A stretch of DNA of 64,000 nucleotides from Anolis carolinensis (lineage: Eukaryota): the NCBI RefSeq assembly GCF_035594765.1, contig NC_085845.1:30560024-30624023 (forward strand), read 5' to 3'. The notes below the pieces were generated by a model. It saw nothing but the letters and a program-made list of their open reading frames with translations. It was not told the DNA's origin and ran no database searches. Below, piece after piece: positions 39,503 through 51,674 of this stretch (the first letter of the stretch is position 1; every line of letters starts with the position of its first letter). The position numbers were made by a program, and so were the translations under genes.

Positions 39503-40036
39503 TTATTCATCTTCATCCATCTCTTCTGGAGATGGACTATATGCAACGCCAGTTTCAGGTACAGACAAAGACACTGCTTCTTGCCACAATGATGTTTTTG
39601 ACATGTCAAAGGAGATCTCAAAGAAATTCTCAGATTGTCCATCTTGTTTTTCCATTAACAGCTGATAGTCTCCAAAGCGAACCAAGCATCTCTGTGGAAT
39701 GATGAACTTGTTCAGGAAGGCCAATTCAACACTGTCTACAATTAACTTAACCCTTTTACTCAAATTCATAATCTCAAAAACAAGCTCAGAGCTGCCGAAG
39801 GGTCTAAAAAGCTGAAGGGCAAACTGAATCCGTGAAACATGTGAGTCCACAAAGTAAAAACGACAGATGTCACAGTTTCTTCCAAATTTAACCAATTCAT
39901 CCACTCTCAGCTGCTCTCGCTGGCAAAACCTTATGGCACGGAATACTTGCTTTTTCTCTTGTTCTGGATGGTAGACGGTGATATTGAGAGAGGTGGTGGT
40001 CTCTTCAGTATCTGCAGTCTCAAATGCAGTCGCCAT
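39503..40036 (-). CDS. TIFA: TRAF-interacting protein with FHA domain A, copy 1 (177 aa, single coding exon)
   Basis: N-terminal FETADTEET (T10 corresponds to human T9), FHA motifs VKFGRN and VSRIQF, C-terminal PEEMDE. Acceptor ttcttccag at 40056, Kozak gccATGg. Confidence 0.95.
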   Translation of the reverse strand: MATAFETADTEETTTSLNITVYHPEQEKKQVFRAIRFCQREQLRVDELVKFGRNCDICRFYFVDSHVSRIQFALQLFRPFGSSELVFEIMNLSKRVKLIVDSVELAFLNKFIIPQRCLVRFGDYQLLMEKQDGQSENFFEISFDMSKTSLWQEAVSLSVPETGVAYSPSPEEMDEDE

Positions 40037-40459
40037 GGCTGTACCTCAGAAAATCCTGGAAGAAAAAAATAGCTTCAATTTGACTGGAAAAAGGGATGCT
40101 TAGAAATGGAAGTATTTGCCTTTAGCTTCTTCAAAAGTGTGCTATTTCAGACACAGGTTGGAAACATACCTTTTTGGGATTACAGGCCCCATAATAATTC
40201 CTGATCTTTACTTTCCAGTGCTCATTTTTACCCATGTGAATGGGGGAAGTACGCCGAAAGGGGCAATGGGGGCACCATGTTTAGTCCTCCTTCCAGAGTC
40301 ATGTTATTCATTCAGTCCCATTGTTGCTACATTTGGCACAATATCTAAAGCAGGCTGGTCATGGAGGCTCTTCACATGATTTTAAATGCAGTTGTTTTGT
40401 GTCTTCAAGTTGACTTTTGACCTATGGCTATGGCTCTAAGTCGTTCAACAGCCTAGAAA

Positions 40460-40723
40460 GGAGCTACAGTGGCACAATGGGTTAAACCCTTGTGCTGGCT
40501 GAACTGCTGACCTAAAGGTTGGATTGCTCACCTGAAGGTTGCCAGTTTGAATCTGTGAGATGGGGTGAGCTCCCGTCTGTCAGCTCTAACTCATAGGGAC
40601 ATGAGAAAAGCCTCCCAGCAACACAACCGGGCACACCCTGGGCAACGTCTCTGTAGATAGCCAATTCTCTGATACCAGAAGCAACTTGCAGTGTGTTCTC
40701 AAGTCACTTCTGACACAATAAAA
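40460..40723 (+). mobile_element. tRNA-derived SINE (same family as 37871)
   Basis: ggagctacagtggcacaatggg head, ctgacacaataaaaa tail. Confidence 0.8.
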
Positions 40724-40815
40724 ACAGCCCAGAAATACATCTTACCACATTAAAACAGTGGATGTGGCTCTTAATGAGACATGCTGCATTATCACAGGAT
40801 GTCTATGCCCTACAT

Positions 40816-41191
40816 CAGGGGTCCTCAAATAAGGCCTGTGGGCCAAGGACATTTACCTGACCACCACCCTCAGTTTTAGACTTAGGCTCGCCCAAAGTCT
40901 GAAATGACTTGAAGGCACACAACAACAGCAATCCTAATTAACCTGACTATCTCATTAGCCAGAAACAGGCCCACACTTCCCATTGAAATCCTGATAGGTT
41001 TATGTTAGTTAAAATTGTTCTTATTTTTAAATATTGTACTGTTCTTTCATTATTGTTGTTGTTTTTCTTGCACTACAAATAAGACATGTGCAATGTGAAT
41101 TTGTCAGTGTATTTTAAAATGATAATTCAGCCCCTCAACAGTCTGAAGAATTGTGGACCGGCCCTCTGCTTAAAAAGTTTGAGGACCCCTG
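40816..41191. mobile_element. hAT non-autonomous element
   Basis: caggggtcctcaaa / tttgaggacccctg TIRs; TSD ccctacat/ccctacac. Confidence 0.9.
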
Positions 41192-41571
41192 CCCTACACT
41201 ACTGAAGAAATTATACTGTTTAGCGGGTATTGCACAACCTGATATCCATCAGGAAGTAGCAGTCAACAATGAAAGGACCAAGGCATTGACATCTCTGGCC
41301 CATCCTCTGTTCGGATATCAGGCAGCAAGCCAACGCCTTAAATCAAGAAATAGCTTCCTAAGATCTACAAAGATAATTGCAGGAACACCTCAGCAAGCGA
41401 GAGTCCAAAAGTGGCAGGCTAAAACCCAGAACATCAATCAGTGACTGAGACCAGATGAGAAACTCACTCCTGGACAGAAGACTGGGCTTGGGTCAAAAGT
41501 GTCTGCCTGGCGGCTGTTGAATCTGTCTGTGAGTAAATCAGTATTATTATAATTATTATTACACTGGGAAG

Positions 41572-42345
41572 AATAATAGAATCATAGAATAATAGAGTTG
41601 GAAGAGACCTCATGGGCCATCCAGTCCAACCCCCTGCCAAGAAGCAGGAAATCACATTCAAAGCACCCCCGACAGATGGCCATCCAGCCTCTGCTTAAAA
41701 GTCTCCAAAGAAGGAGCCTCCACCACAGTCCGGGGGAGAAAGTTCCACTGCTGAACAGCTCTCACAGTGAGGAAGTTCTTCCTAATGTTCAAGTGGAATC
41801 TCCTTTCCTGTAGTTTGAAGCCATGACTTCCCTATGACTTTCCCTCACATATTTATATATGACGAATGGCTATCATGTCTCCTCTCAGCCTTCTCTTCTG
41901 CAGACTAAACATGCCCAGTTCTTTTAAGCCGCTCCTCATAGGGCTTGTTCTCCAGACCCTTGATCATTTTAGTTGCCCTTCTCTGGACACTTTCCAGCAT
42001 GTCAACATCTCCCTTCAATTGCGGTGCCCAAAATTGGACACAGTATTCCAGATGTGGTCTGACCAAGGCAGAATAGAGGGGGAGCATGACTTCCCTGGAT
42101 CTGGATACTGTAATCCGATTTATGCAGGCCAAAATCCCATTGGTTTTTTTCACCGCCGCATCACATTGTAGGCTCATGTTTAACCTGTTGTCCACGAGGA
42201 CTCAAAGATCTTTTTCACACGTACTGCTGTCGAACCAGGCATTCCTCATTCTGTATCTTTGCATTTCATTTTTTTCTGCCTAAGTGGAGTATCTTGCATT
42301 TGTCCCCGTTGAACATTTTCTTAGTTCCGTCCCATCTCCCTAATC
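41572..42345 (-). mobile_element. CR1 LINE 3' portion
   Basis: [41 protein letters not shown]...[13 protein letters not shown] with an (ATTCTATG)-type tail. Confidence 0.93.
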
Positions 42346-42932
42346 TGTTAAGACTTTGGAAGCAGATAGGAGGCTTCTCCCAATCTGAAAAGAGTGCTTG
42401 CTTCTCTGTTTATGGTTAAGGCCTGTGCTGTACCCACAAGCAAAATAAAAAGAGAAAACTCTAAAAAAAAAAAAAAGACTGGGTGACCTAGAAGGCGCTG
42501 AACAGACTGTGTTCTGGCACTACGAGATGCAGAGCCTATCTTAAGAAATGGGGTTACAAAGTGGAGTCCACAACTTGCGAGTTTGGAGAAAAGCAAACCA
42601 CAGACCACTTACTACAATGCAGCCTGAGCCCTGCCACATGCCACATCTCACAGTGACATCAGAGGCACTCCAAGTGGCCAGCTTCTGGTCAAAGAAAATC
42701 TAGTATAATGCCAAGTTTTTAACATTATTTGTGGTATGGAAATCTCTAATGGTGCAGCAGGTTAAACCAATGAGCTGCTGGTGTGGATGCACTCTAAGAG
42801 GGCAGGAGCAGCAGTTTTCCAGGCGGCATGTGGCCATCCTCGCTGCCATTCTTTGCCCAATCGCCGACGTGTCACAACACGGAAGACAACTCATCCCACC
42901 TTCCCTTTTTGCAGCCAGGAAATAGGAGCGCG

Positions 42933-42949
42933 ACTTTCACTTTCGCTTT
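42933..42949. promoter_or_regulatory. Tandem IRF-binding element / ISRE in a CpG-rich patch of TIFA copy 1 intron 1
   Basis: ACTTTCACTTTCGCTTT (AAAGCGAAAGTGAAAGT on -), a multimerised GAAANN motif. Confidence 0.65.
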
Positions 42950-43364
42950 GATTTCCGGCTGGGCGCAGGCGCTTGCAAGGAATACTTAGGAAAGCCTCAC
43001 ATGCCCGGGTCCAAACTCGGCTCAGTCCCAAGCCCTGTCCTCACACTCGCTTGATCAAGAACAGCAGAGGTCCCATATCCAAGGTGAGCTGGTACCTTTC
43101 AATACAGCCTTGGAATCAGCTGTTGCAAAATCGAGTAAATACACATCGGGTTGCTTTTTAGTGGCTTTTGGTCCTTGAACCAAACGGAGGAACCCAGGAG
43201 TGAAGCAATAAACCTGTCCGAGAGATAGACAGGTTAGAGCTTGGAAAGGGGACTTTTTTTTGCGCGGGGGAGTTGCAAGTCTCAGAATCGCTTTCGAGAT
43301 AACGACACCCCCTCCCCAAAAAGGTGAGTTTAGGCAAGGATTAAACGTTGTCTCGATCACTCAC

Positions 43365-43480
43365 CTTTTCAGAAGCGTTGCCCTAAAACTGATGGACGAG
43401 AAGGTTCAAACTTCAGAGCCGGATTTCTGGGCTGTTTCTTTCAGCTCTCGCTTTGAAGGAGGATGTTTGTCAGCTTTGAG
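43365..43480 (-). other. TIFA: Non-coding exon 1 of TIFA copy 1 (5' end approximate)
   Basis: Minus-strand donor AAAAG|GTGAGT at 43365/43364. Homologous to 53361-53470 of copy 2 (shared gatttctgggctgtt.ctttcag block). Confidence 0.7.
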
Positions 43481-43487
43481 AGCTCAC

Positions 43488-43561
43488 GGGACTTCCCTTT
43501 CTGTCTTCCCGCCTCTAAAAGAGAGGAGGGGGTGATCGTTATGTCTGCTGGGGAATTTCCC
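43488..43561 (-). promoter_or_regulatory. TIFA copy 1 proximal promoter with two NF-kB sites
   Basis: GGGACTTCCC at 43488-43497 and GGGGAATTTCCC at 43550-43561, next to the exon 1 homology block. Confidence 0.7.
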
Positions 43562-43705
43562 TCTGTTTCTCTTGATCCAGACACACAGAGAGAAGGAGGG
43601 AGGGAGAACGCAAGGTTCAGTGGCTAAAGAGACAAGCAGCAAAAGAATCCACAGGGTTGGATTATTTAAATATTTAATATATGTTGTTATTTTTTTATTG
43701 CAATA

Positions 43706-44028
43706 CAGTAGAGGTTCACTTATCCAACGTAAACGGGCCGGCAGAACGTTGGATAAGCGAATATGTTGGATAATAAGGAGAGATTAACGAAAAGCCTATT
43801 AAACATCAAATTAGGTTATGATTTTACAAATTAAGCACCAAAACATCATGTTATACAACAAATTTGACAGAAAAGATAGTTCAATACACAGTAATGCTAT
43901 GTAGTAATTACTGTATTTACTAATTTAGCACCAAAATATCACGATGCATTGAAAACATTGACTACAAAAATGTGTTGGATAATCCAGAACGTTGGATAAG
44001 CGAGTGTTGGATAAGTGAGACTCTACTG
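43706..44028 (+). mobile_element. Tc1/pogo-type MITE, copy A
   Basis: cagtagag..tcacttatccaac TIRs, TA TSD. Confidence 0.9.
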
Positions 44029-44709
44029 TACTTATATCCCGCCCTTCCCACCCATAGGGGACTCAGGGCGACTTACAATAAAACACAATATAAAAATATT
44101 ACAACAATTCCATCAATTAAAATTAAATACATTAAACACTGATAAAAATATACATATAAATATACACATGGCGCATTTCGAGTCTGATAGCTGGTCTGTC
44201 ATTGAGTTCTAGGATGGTAATAATTGTTACCGCTGTTGTTATATGCCATCAAGCCAGCTTTGATTTACAGCAGTGGTTCCCAACCTTTTTTTTGACCAGG
44301 AACCATTTGACCAGGGACCAATCTCCAATATTAGTACCAAAACAGTTACAAATCAGTTTTTTGGTCAACTTTAGATTTGGTTTGGTTATTTGGAGTGCTG
44401 ATTCAGAAAATTGCATTGGAAAGCCATATACAAAATACAAAACCAGAAAAAATGTAAATATTGAAACAGCAATTCAGTATTTAAAAACAAATGCAGTAAC
44501 AGTCTTGGGCAGCTAAGCTCAGTAAGACAAGCAATAGAAGAACCCATTAAATCCCATGATTACATTATTACATAGATGATGGCACCACAGAAAAGACCAT
44601 GTTCCAACTTTCCATTAACCTAATATCATTTGTGTAGGACATAGAGCAGATATTAGGGTAAAGTTGTAAAAGATGGGCAGGCCCATATGGACCAAACTTC
44701 TAGCTTATA

Positions 44710-45053
44710 CAGTATTCCCTCACTTATCACTGGGGTTAGGTTACAGGACCACCCGCAATAAGTGAAAATCCGCAAAGTAGGGACACTATATTTATTTTAA
44801 TAGTCGCACATTATTTTAGTAGCTATACACTATTTTAAGTCTTTATCAACCCATTGTGTGTGGATAAATCGCCTCCTTCTCCTACCGTTGCCGCTTGGGC
44901 TCCTTTTCTCTCCCTTTGGCTTCTCCTTCCTCCCTTCCTTAGGCTGTAAATTGCAATTTTTTATGATTTATAATAGTCTTTTAGAGTTTATTAAAAAAAC
45001 CACAAAACTTCGAATCCATGAAAAGTGAAAGGCGAAGTAGTGAGGGAACACTG
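44710..45053. mobile_element. Tigger-like MITE
   Basis: cagtattccctcact / agtgagggaacactg TIRs, TA TSD. Confidence 0.85.
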
Positions 45054-45134
45054 TATACTATATCAGACAGATTTCATCCTGATTTGTTGCTCCTCTGCAC
45101 CATTCTTTTGCATTCATGCTACCAATAAGTTTCC

Positions 45135-45735
45135 AGTACCAATTCAAAGTGCAGGTTGTCACCTACAAAGCCCTAAACGGTTCGGGTCTTGCTTAACTTC
45201 AGGACTGTATCTTCCTCTACAAACCAGTGTGGGCTCTAAGATCTGCTGAGGAGGCCCTTCTCTCACTCCCATCTCAGTTGCAATCACGGTTGGTGGGGAC
45301 GAGAGAGAGGGCCTTCTCGGTAGTGGCCCCTCGGCTTTGGAAGTCTCTCCCCAGAGAGATTAGATTAGCCCCCACCTTGTCCACCTTCCAGAAAGACTTG
45401 AAGACATGGATGTGCCTTTGATTAATGGTTTAGCTTCTGATTAAGTCCAGCCTGGCCCTACAGTTTACATTTTGCACAAGCCCTTGTCCTGCCCTATTAG
45501 TATCAGATCTGTACGTGCCCAATTCTCTCGGCTACTGCATTTTTGATTCTCTGGTTGATGTTTTATGATGTTTACATTCTACTGCTTTTATTGTTATTGT
45601 TTTAATTTTTATGGTTATATGTTTTTAATTGTGTTACCTGCAACCTTTGTTTATGCTGTGCTTGGTCCCCATGTAAGCCACCCTGAGTCCCTTCAGGGAG
45701 TTGGAGGTGGGATATAACAATAAAGTTATCATTAT
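45135..45735 (+). mobile_element. L2 LINE 3' end
   Basis: ALRSAEEALL...[35 protein letters not shown] with a ccaccctgagtccc tail. Confidence 0.85.
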
Positions 45736-46005
45736 TATTACTTTCAGTGGACAGTAGACTGCCTAATATGACCAGAATATTGGACTCACTAGATAGACAT
45801 GTAGGATACTTTAACACTGTAAAATGATATCACTGTGATTCTGCTTTCACTGCCATGGTTCCATCTTCTAGAACCCTGGAATTCACATCTGTGGAGAGGT
45901 TTTTTTTGAGTCTCAGAAGGGTCTAGAACCTCATTAAACTACAAAGCTCAGAATTCGACAGGATTCAGTTGTGTCAGTTAAAGTGAAGTCATAGGGCTAT
46001 AATTA

Positions 46006-46312
46006 CAGTAGAGACTCACTTATCCAACATTCTGGATTATCCAATGCATTTTTGTAGTCAATGTTTTAATACATCGTGATATTTTGGTGCTAAATTCGTA
46101 AATACAGTAATTACTACATAGCATTACTGCGTTTAGAATTACCTTTTCTGTCAAATTTGTTGTATAACATGATGTTTTGTTGCTTAATTTGTAAAATCAT
46201 AACCTAATTTGATGTTTAATGGGCTTTTCCTGAATCCCTCCTTATTATCCAACATATTCGCTTATCCAACGTTCTGCCGGCCCGTTTATGTTGGATAAGT
46301 GAGACTGTACTG
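46006..46312 (-). mobile_element. Tc1/pogo-type MITE, copy B (inverted relative to A)
   Basis: Same TIRs and interior as 43706, TA TSD. Confidence 0.9.
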
Positions 46313-46483
46313 TATGTTGAATGCGATAACCCCTAGTTTGATCCACCATAAGTCTACTTAGATGCGGATCCATTAAGCGTGTTGATGCATGCTGTTACAG
46401 ATCCCTCTTGGCTGAGCTCATTTACATCATTTCTTTTAAAAAGTAACTTAATAGGTTTGAAATGCATGGTACTTGACTGTACA

Positions 46484-46756
46484 CAGGGCCGTAGAAAGAA
46501 AACAATTTCAGGGGGGGGGGTTTGAAAATTTCGGGGGGGGGGTTAACCCCTAGCACACACCCCTCCCCGCTACAAACCTGTCAATATCTGCTTGAGATAG
46601 TGCCTGGAGGGACTCTTAATGTTTTGTGTCTCATAGACTTAGCATGGGGATTTGGTTAACCAGTTAAAATTCATGAGTAAACCAGGTTTTTTTTATAACC
46701 TGAAAAATTTCGGGGAGGGTTTGAACCCCTAAAACCGCCCCCTCGCTACAGGCCTG
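46484..46756. mobile_element. hAT MITE
   Basis: cagggccgtag / ctacaggcctg TIRs; perfect TSD ACTGTACA; empty site in the paralogue at about 54280. Confidence 0.88.
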
Positions 46757-47380
46757 ACTGTACATAATGTGTTGTTGCAAATTGGCGCAGCTCCTTCAGG
46801 AAGTTCCTCTCTTGAGCAATAATTGAAACCCACCCTGTCATCTTGCACTTTTTCACAAGTTCTTCCTCATAAACCTCCTCTCACTTTCTGTACCTTTCTT
46901 CTTGAGTAATTTACAAGAAATACATGTTTTCAAATAAGAAGGAACCACCTCTTTCTGGATGTTGTTAATTTTATTGTTTTATTGTTGGTATCTATTCTGC
47001 CAGGAAGAGTTAGATCATATGGTATCTTTTTGAGGATTAACTAGTTTATTGCTGAAAGAGTGTTGGTTTATTACTCCTTCCCATGCAAAAGATTACACGT
47101 TTAACTCTTGTCATTGTCATGCATACTACCTCACACAGTATAGAGTTTGGAAAAGTTATTAAAGGGAGATAAGAAGGTTGAGAAGACTTTAGCCAGTATG
47201 AACTATCCGGAAAAGGAACTTTCCCAAACTCTGCAGAAGACACCTTCTATTTGAAGTAGAGACGTTTGAATATAAAGTGTTTGAATTAGGAGCAGAATTA
47301 TGATCTGGCAATGTAGCATACACTAGAATCAACATTCGCCCTGAGTATTATGAGGTTACCTGAACGCCACCTGGAATATA

Positions 47381-48336
47381 CTGTGATACACATATATAAG
47401 TCTATACATTTTAGTCAAAACATCTGGGTTAACTTATCCACAGATCAATATAAGAACTGTACTTAGTTACTTTTTAAAATATTAAGAATTATCAGGTTTT
47501 CTGAATAGAGTAGCAAAAGGCAAGAGCTTTGTCCCAAGAGAACCAAAAAGAAGCACTGACCTCCTTCTATTCCAGTGATTCCTGACCTTTGGGCCCCAGG
47601 TATTTTGGACTTCAAATCCCAACCAATTTACCATTTGTTAGGAATCATGGGAGCTGAAGTCCAAAACACCTGGAGGCCCAAAGGTTGGGAACCACTGCTC
47701 TATTCTCTCTCCCATGTTGCTGGTTCTTGCTTTTTTTGAAAGCCTGGGTGGGAAAATGGTGGTATTAGTGGAAGTTCTTTAGCACTTTACCCCCAAAGGA
47801 GTACTGAGAGTATAGAGGTGGTGGGTGCTTCTTTTTGGTTCTCCCACAGTGGACTAAATTATTTCATTTTGCCATTTTACTTAGAGAAGCAAATGGTTCA
47901 TTTTTTTTATAAGAGTTAAGGTACAGTACTGGGACATGAGAGAAGCCTCCTAGCAGGATGGTAACACATCCAGGGCAACGTCTCTGTAGACTGCCAATTC
48001 TCTCCCACCAGAAACAGCTTGCAGTATGTTTTCAAGTCACTTCTGACACAATAAAAAAGGTACAATACTTACATTACATTATCTATATTTTATAAATGCA
48101 TTTTATGAATATTATATGTAAGTTATTTTTTTAACTGATTTATAGTGTATTGTACTGTTTTTATATGTCTGTTTTATTGTAAGCCGCCCTGAGTCCCCTG
48201 TTGGGTGAGAAGGGCGGGATATAAATATTGTAATAAATAAAATATTGTAATAAATTGCACTGTGGATAAGCTGACCCAGGTTTTTGAGGTTGCTTTGTTG
48301 AGTAACATTTGTAGACTTATATATGAGTATATAAGG
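47381..48336. mobile_element. Degenerate Tc1/mariner-like element with nested MITE (47573-47697) and SINE fragments, at the duplication junction
   Basis: acatatataagtcta / tagacttatatatgagtat inverted ends; similar to 22375-22685. Confidence 0.5.
47573..47697. mobile_element. hAT MITE
   Basis: cagtgattcc / ggaaccactg TIRs; TSD ttctattc/ctctattc. Confidence 0.8.
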
Positions 48337-49160
48337 TACTTTTGAAAGATGATGCAGATGGTGATGTTCAAATATTTTGTTTCTTGCATTATGAATCTTT
48401 CAAGTTTTAATTGTCAAGAAAATATTCTCAGTGCTAAGTATAAGTTTCCTGGCACTTGTAAAAAAAACCTTTTGATTTTTTAAAGCAAGCTGATTTGTAA
48501 TGGCACATGCTCTTTAATAATACACCAGAGTGTATGTCACCTGCACTGATATTTGATTAATAACAAACCTGAATACTGATAATATTCAAAAGCACTGTAG
48601 ATCAGAAAGAAGCAGTATTTGTTTTGCATGATTGCCTCCTATTAGAATTACTGGAGTGCATCCTGGCTTGCTATTCCTACCGTAGGCTTATCTTTCTACT
48701 TCTCTAAATAAAGAATAAGGTTTCTTGCATGTGAAGTTAGGGGCATGTAATGACATTGCCAAGATCAAAGAGAATATAAAATTGTGCAAGGTGGTTAAAA
48801 AAAAACAGACCAAGGGGAGATATTAACTTACAGTAGTCCCATAGGATCTGTCCAAAATGCATCATTGGGCATGGCAAATATGGCTTGTTGCAAGTAAGCA
48901 GATGCATGATGTGGTTTCATACAAGTTGGCATGTTGTTAGTTAGCCCTGAATAGAGGGAAACCTTCAAGTCAATGTGATTGACCTACGTGGTGACTCATC
49001 AATAATTGATTTAATGGGTCTACTCTAGCTGGGATTAACTAATGGTGCCAGTATAGACTGGGGTTTCAGCCTATTTTGACTGATCAGAAAAATGTTGTGG
49101 TGAGTTATGTTGAAAGAACTGAGGAAGTGGGTTTTTATATATGCCAAGCTATGAAATAAA
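48335..49160 (+). repeat. Degenerate duplicate of AP1AR 3'UTR/downstream sequence (about 34460-34850 and 36630-37010); start of duplication unit 2
   Basis: Shared colinear blocks such as gttcaaatattttg, aaacctgaatact, gcagtatttgttttgcatg.ttgcctcct, ttgactgatcag and atgttgtggtgagtt. Confidence 0.85.
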
Positions 49161-49696
49161 AGGCCTTTAGTTATTTTTCATGGAGGGATTATTTGTAGGG
49201 GCACTTCCAGACATACGTTAAACTTGCTTTGGAGCAGGTTAAAGAAACCCGCTTTGAAACAGATTTAAGTCATGCCGAGAGGTGGGGGGGGGGATCCCTA
49301 CTCCCCCCCTCACCTCCTGGCTGGTTATTGGTATACTCCAGGAGGCCTGCTGAAGAGATGTTATGGCGGCCCAGTCAATTTTAATTTAGGGTTTTTTGGG
49401 GTGAGGTGGGTTCGGTGTCCCCATGCCCTCCCAAAAGTTATTGGGAGGGGGGGCATGTGGACACCCAACGGGCAAAGCCCAAAGAATTAAGGTGGCCTAT
49501 GGGAACTGGCCTCAGGATTGTAGAAGCAGTCCCATACGTCAGTTGCCACGGGCCCTAAACTCCATTAGCTTTGGGACTTTCAGGAAAGCCTAGGTCTAAT
49601 GGAGTATCAAAGTGATTCGGGAGAAAACACTTTGTCTCAAATTACTTCGCTTTTATCTGATGTTTCATTTGGACACCTCAGGTAAAAGTCCGACAG

Positions 49697-49771
49697 TGTT
49701 ACACCCCAAGGCTGCAGGAGCACCCTGAAAACCAGACAGGAGCCAGTATAACACACAAGCGGTTTATTGAA

Positions 49772-49809
<38 letters not shown>

Positions 49810-50680
49810 GTCTATGCGTAGTTAACGAAAAGAGTCAGTATGAGGATTAGTCCTGAATATGAAGTCTTTAGCAGTTCAAAACAAGTTCAGCAATGTCCGA
49901 TTTGTAATCCACCAGTGAAACTCGATAGTTTCACACAAAAGTCAAGGATAGTCTTTAAGACAAGAGCCAGGAACCAAACGCTGCAAAACTGCAACTATAA
50001 TCCACTTGGAGAGTCCTGTCACAGAACAAGGAAAGCAAAGTAAACAAGGCAAAGTCAGTCTCCACTCAGGAACAAGGATAGCAAGGTAACAAAGCAAGGT
50101 CTACTCGGAAGTCATGGCACAGCTTACACGGAACTGGGAACCTGGCACGGTTTCCAGACAGGAGACAAGGCTAGGAGCTGGATATTGGAACCTCTTCCGA
50201 GGAAAGGCAAAGTTGACACCGCAATGAGAACACAAAGAGGAACACCTTTAAGGAGATCCCAAGGTTGCAAGATTAAGGGAGTGCAGGATCCACAAAACTT
50301 CACATGGGAAAGTTAGTCATTATTGAGCCTTAGAGCTAACCTCTTGCTTCTTCGAACACCCTCCCTTTTGCTCCTATCTCTTGTAAAAAACTCCGATTAA
50401 ACAGTCCATTTTCTCCCAGATCAACGCCATCTGGTGTAGGCAAGATTGACAAGACATTGGAATGCTCTCCAATTAGTGGATCCTCTGGCGTTACAGCATC
50501 AGGCAGCTGCAAGGCCAAGGGGCCTCATTCCAAACCTGGAATGTCTCCTAGATCTGTATCATAATCTGCTTCTAAATCCATCTCCTGGTGAAATGTAGGC
50601 CGCGATGGCTGAGCCACAACAGACAGGGCCTGCATTTTGGGCCCTGTCTTGAAGGTCCTAAGTTTCCACCTAGGATCACA
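49697..50680 (-). mobile_element. Probable solo LTR (Gypsy-like)
   Basis: TGT...ACA termini, minus-strand AATAAA near 49765, repeated agtc motifs; absent from the paralogous unit. TSD not confirmed. Confidence 0.45.
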
Positions 50681-51674
50681 GAGGACAGAATTTCTCTTTT
50701 CTCCTTCACCTTGACGTAGTCTTTGGAAGCAAAAGAGATATAAGTGGCCATATGCAATATTCATATAGAGAATCAAACATTGAACACAAAATAAGTTATG
50801 GCCTCAGGAGTGTTAGATGTTAGCTGGTGTCTGCAAAGCCATGAGCTTTCACCTAGCACTGTGCAGAAGCTCAATAGAAAATGCCCACCTGTTTCTATTA
50901 CTTCTAGCTGAGGTGGTCCAGTAATAGCAGTTACTACCAGGAAGGAGGGGAGCCTTCAAAGAATAATGGCAAAATGTCTGTAACGCAGAAGGAATAGAAA
51001 ATATTAAACTAACCTATTCATAGTGCAATTTAATGTGCAGTTGTACAAAGCTGGTTGCTATGGAACATGGGCAAGGAAGAATGCAATGAATATAAAACAT
51101 CAGTATTAGTTCATTTCTTTTTAAAAAAATCATTTCCTTATTGGTTTTAGAAGACATCCTAATTCACAAGCAATGCATTCTATGTTTTAGAGAAAAAGAG
51201 TGATGTGTATGTACATATATGCACAGACAAAGCTAAATTGAACAAAGACTATAAACACAATAATAAAAAACTTAACTATTATAATAAACACAAACTAAGG
51301 ATACACTAACTTACTGAAACACAAAGACCCCACCCACTAATGAAAAGGAAAAACTAAGGAAATCAATTACAGATCTCATAGTTGAACAATTTCAAAGAAC
51401 CATAACCACATATTGTGAATCATTACATTTGTTATTACTCAAAATTTAGTCCTTTTTTCATTGTTGTTGTGTATCTTTGAATGATTTCCAAGTTATGGTA
51501 ACAGTAAGTTGTTAGGTTTTCCTTCACCTTCCTCTGGGAGTGAAAGAGTGTGACTTGCCCACAGCAGGTTTTTTTCAATGTCTAAGAAGAGATTCAAGCT
51601 TTGGTCTCCAGAGTCATAGTCCAACACTCAAGCCATTCCAATATTCTGGCTCTTTGTTTCACGTTGTTTCCCAT

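Larger units (their letters stand above)
40725..42725 (+). mobile_element. Fragmented Vingi/Ingi-like LINE, interrupted by hAT and CR1 insertions
   Basis: Remnant ORF KKLYCLAGIAQPDIHQEVA...HPLFGYQAASQRLKSRNSFL; resumes at about 42480. Confidence 0.6.
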
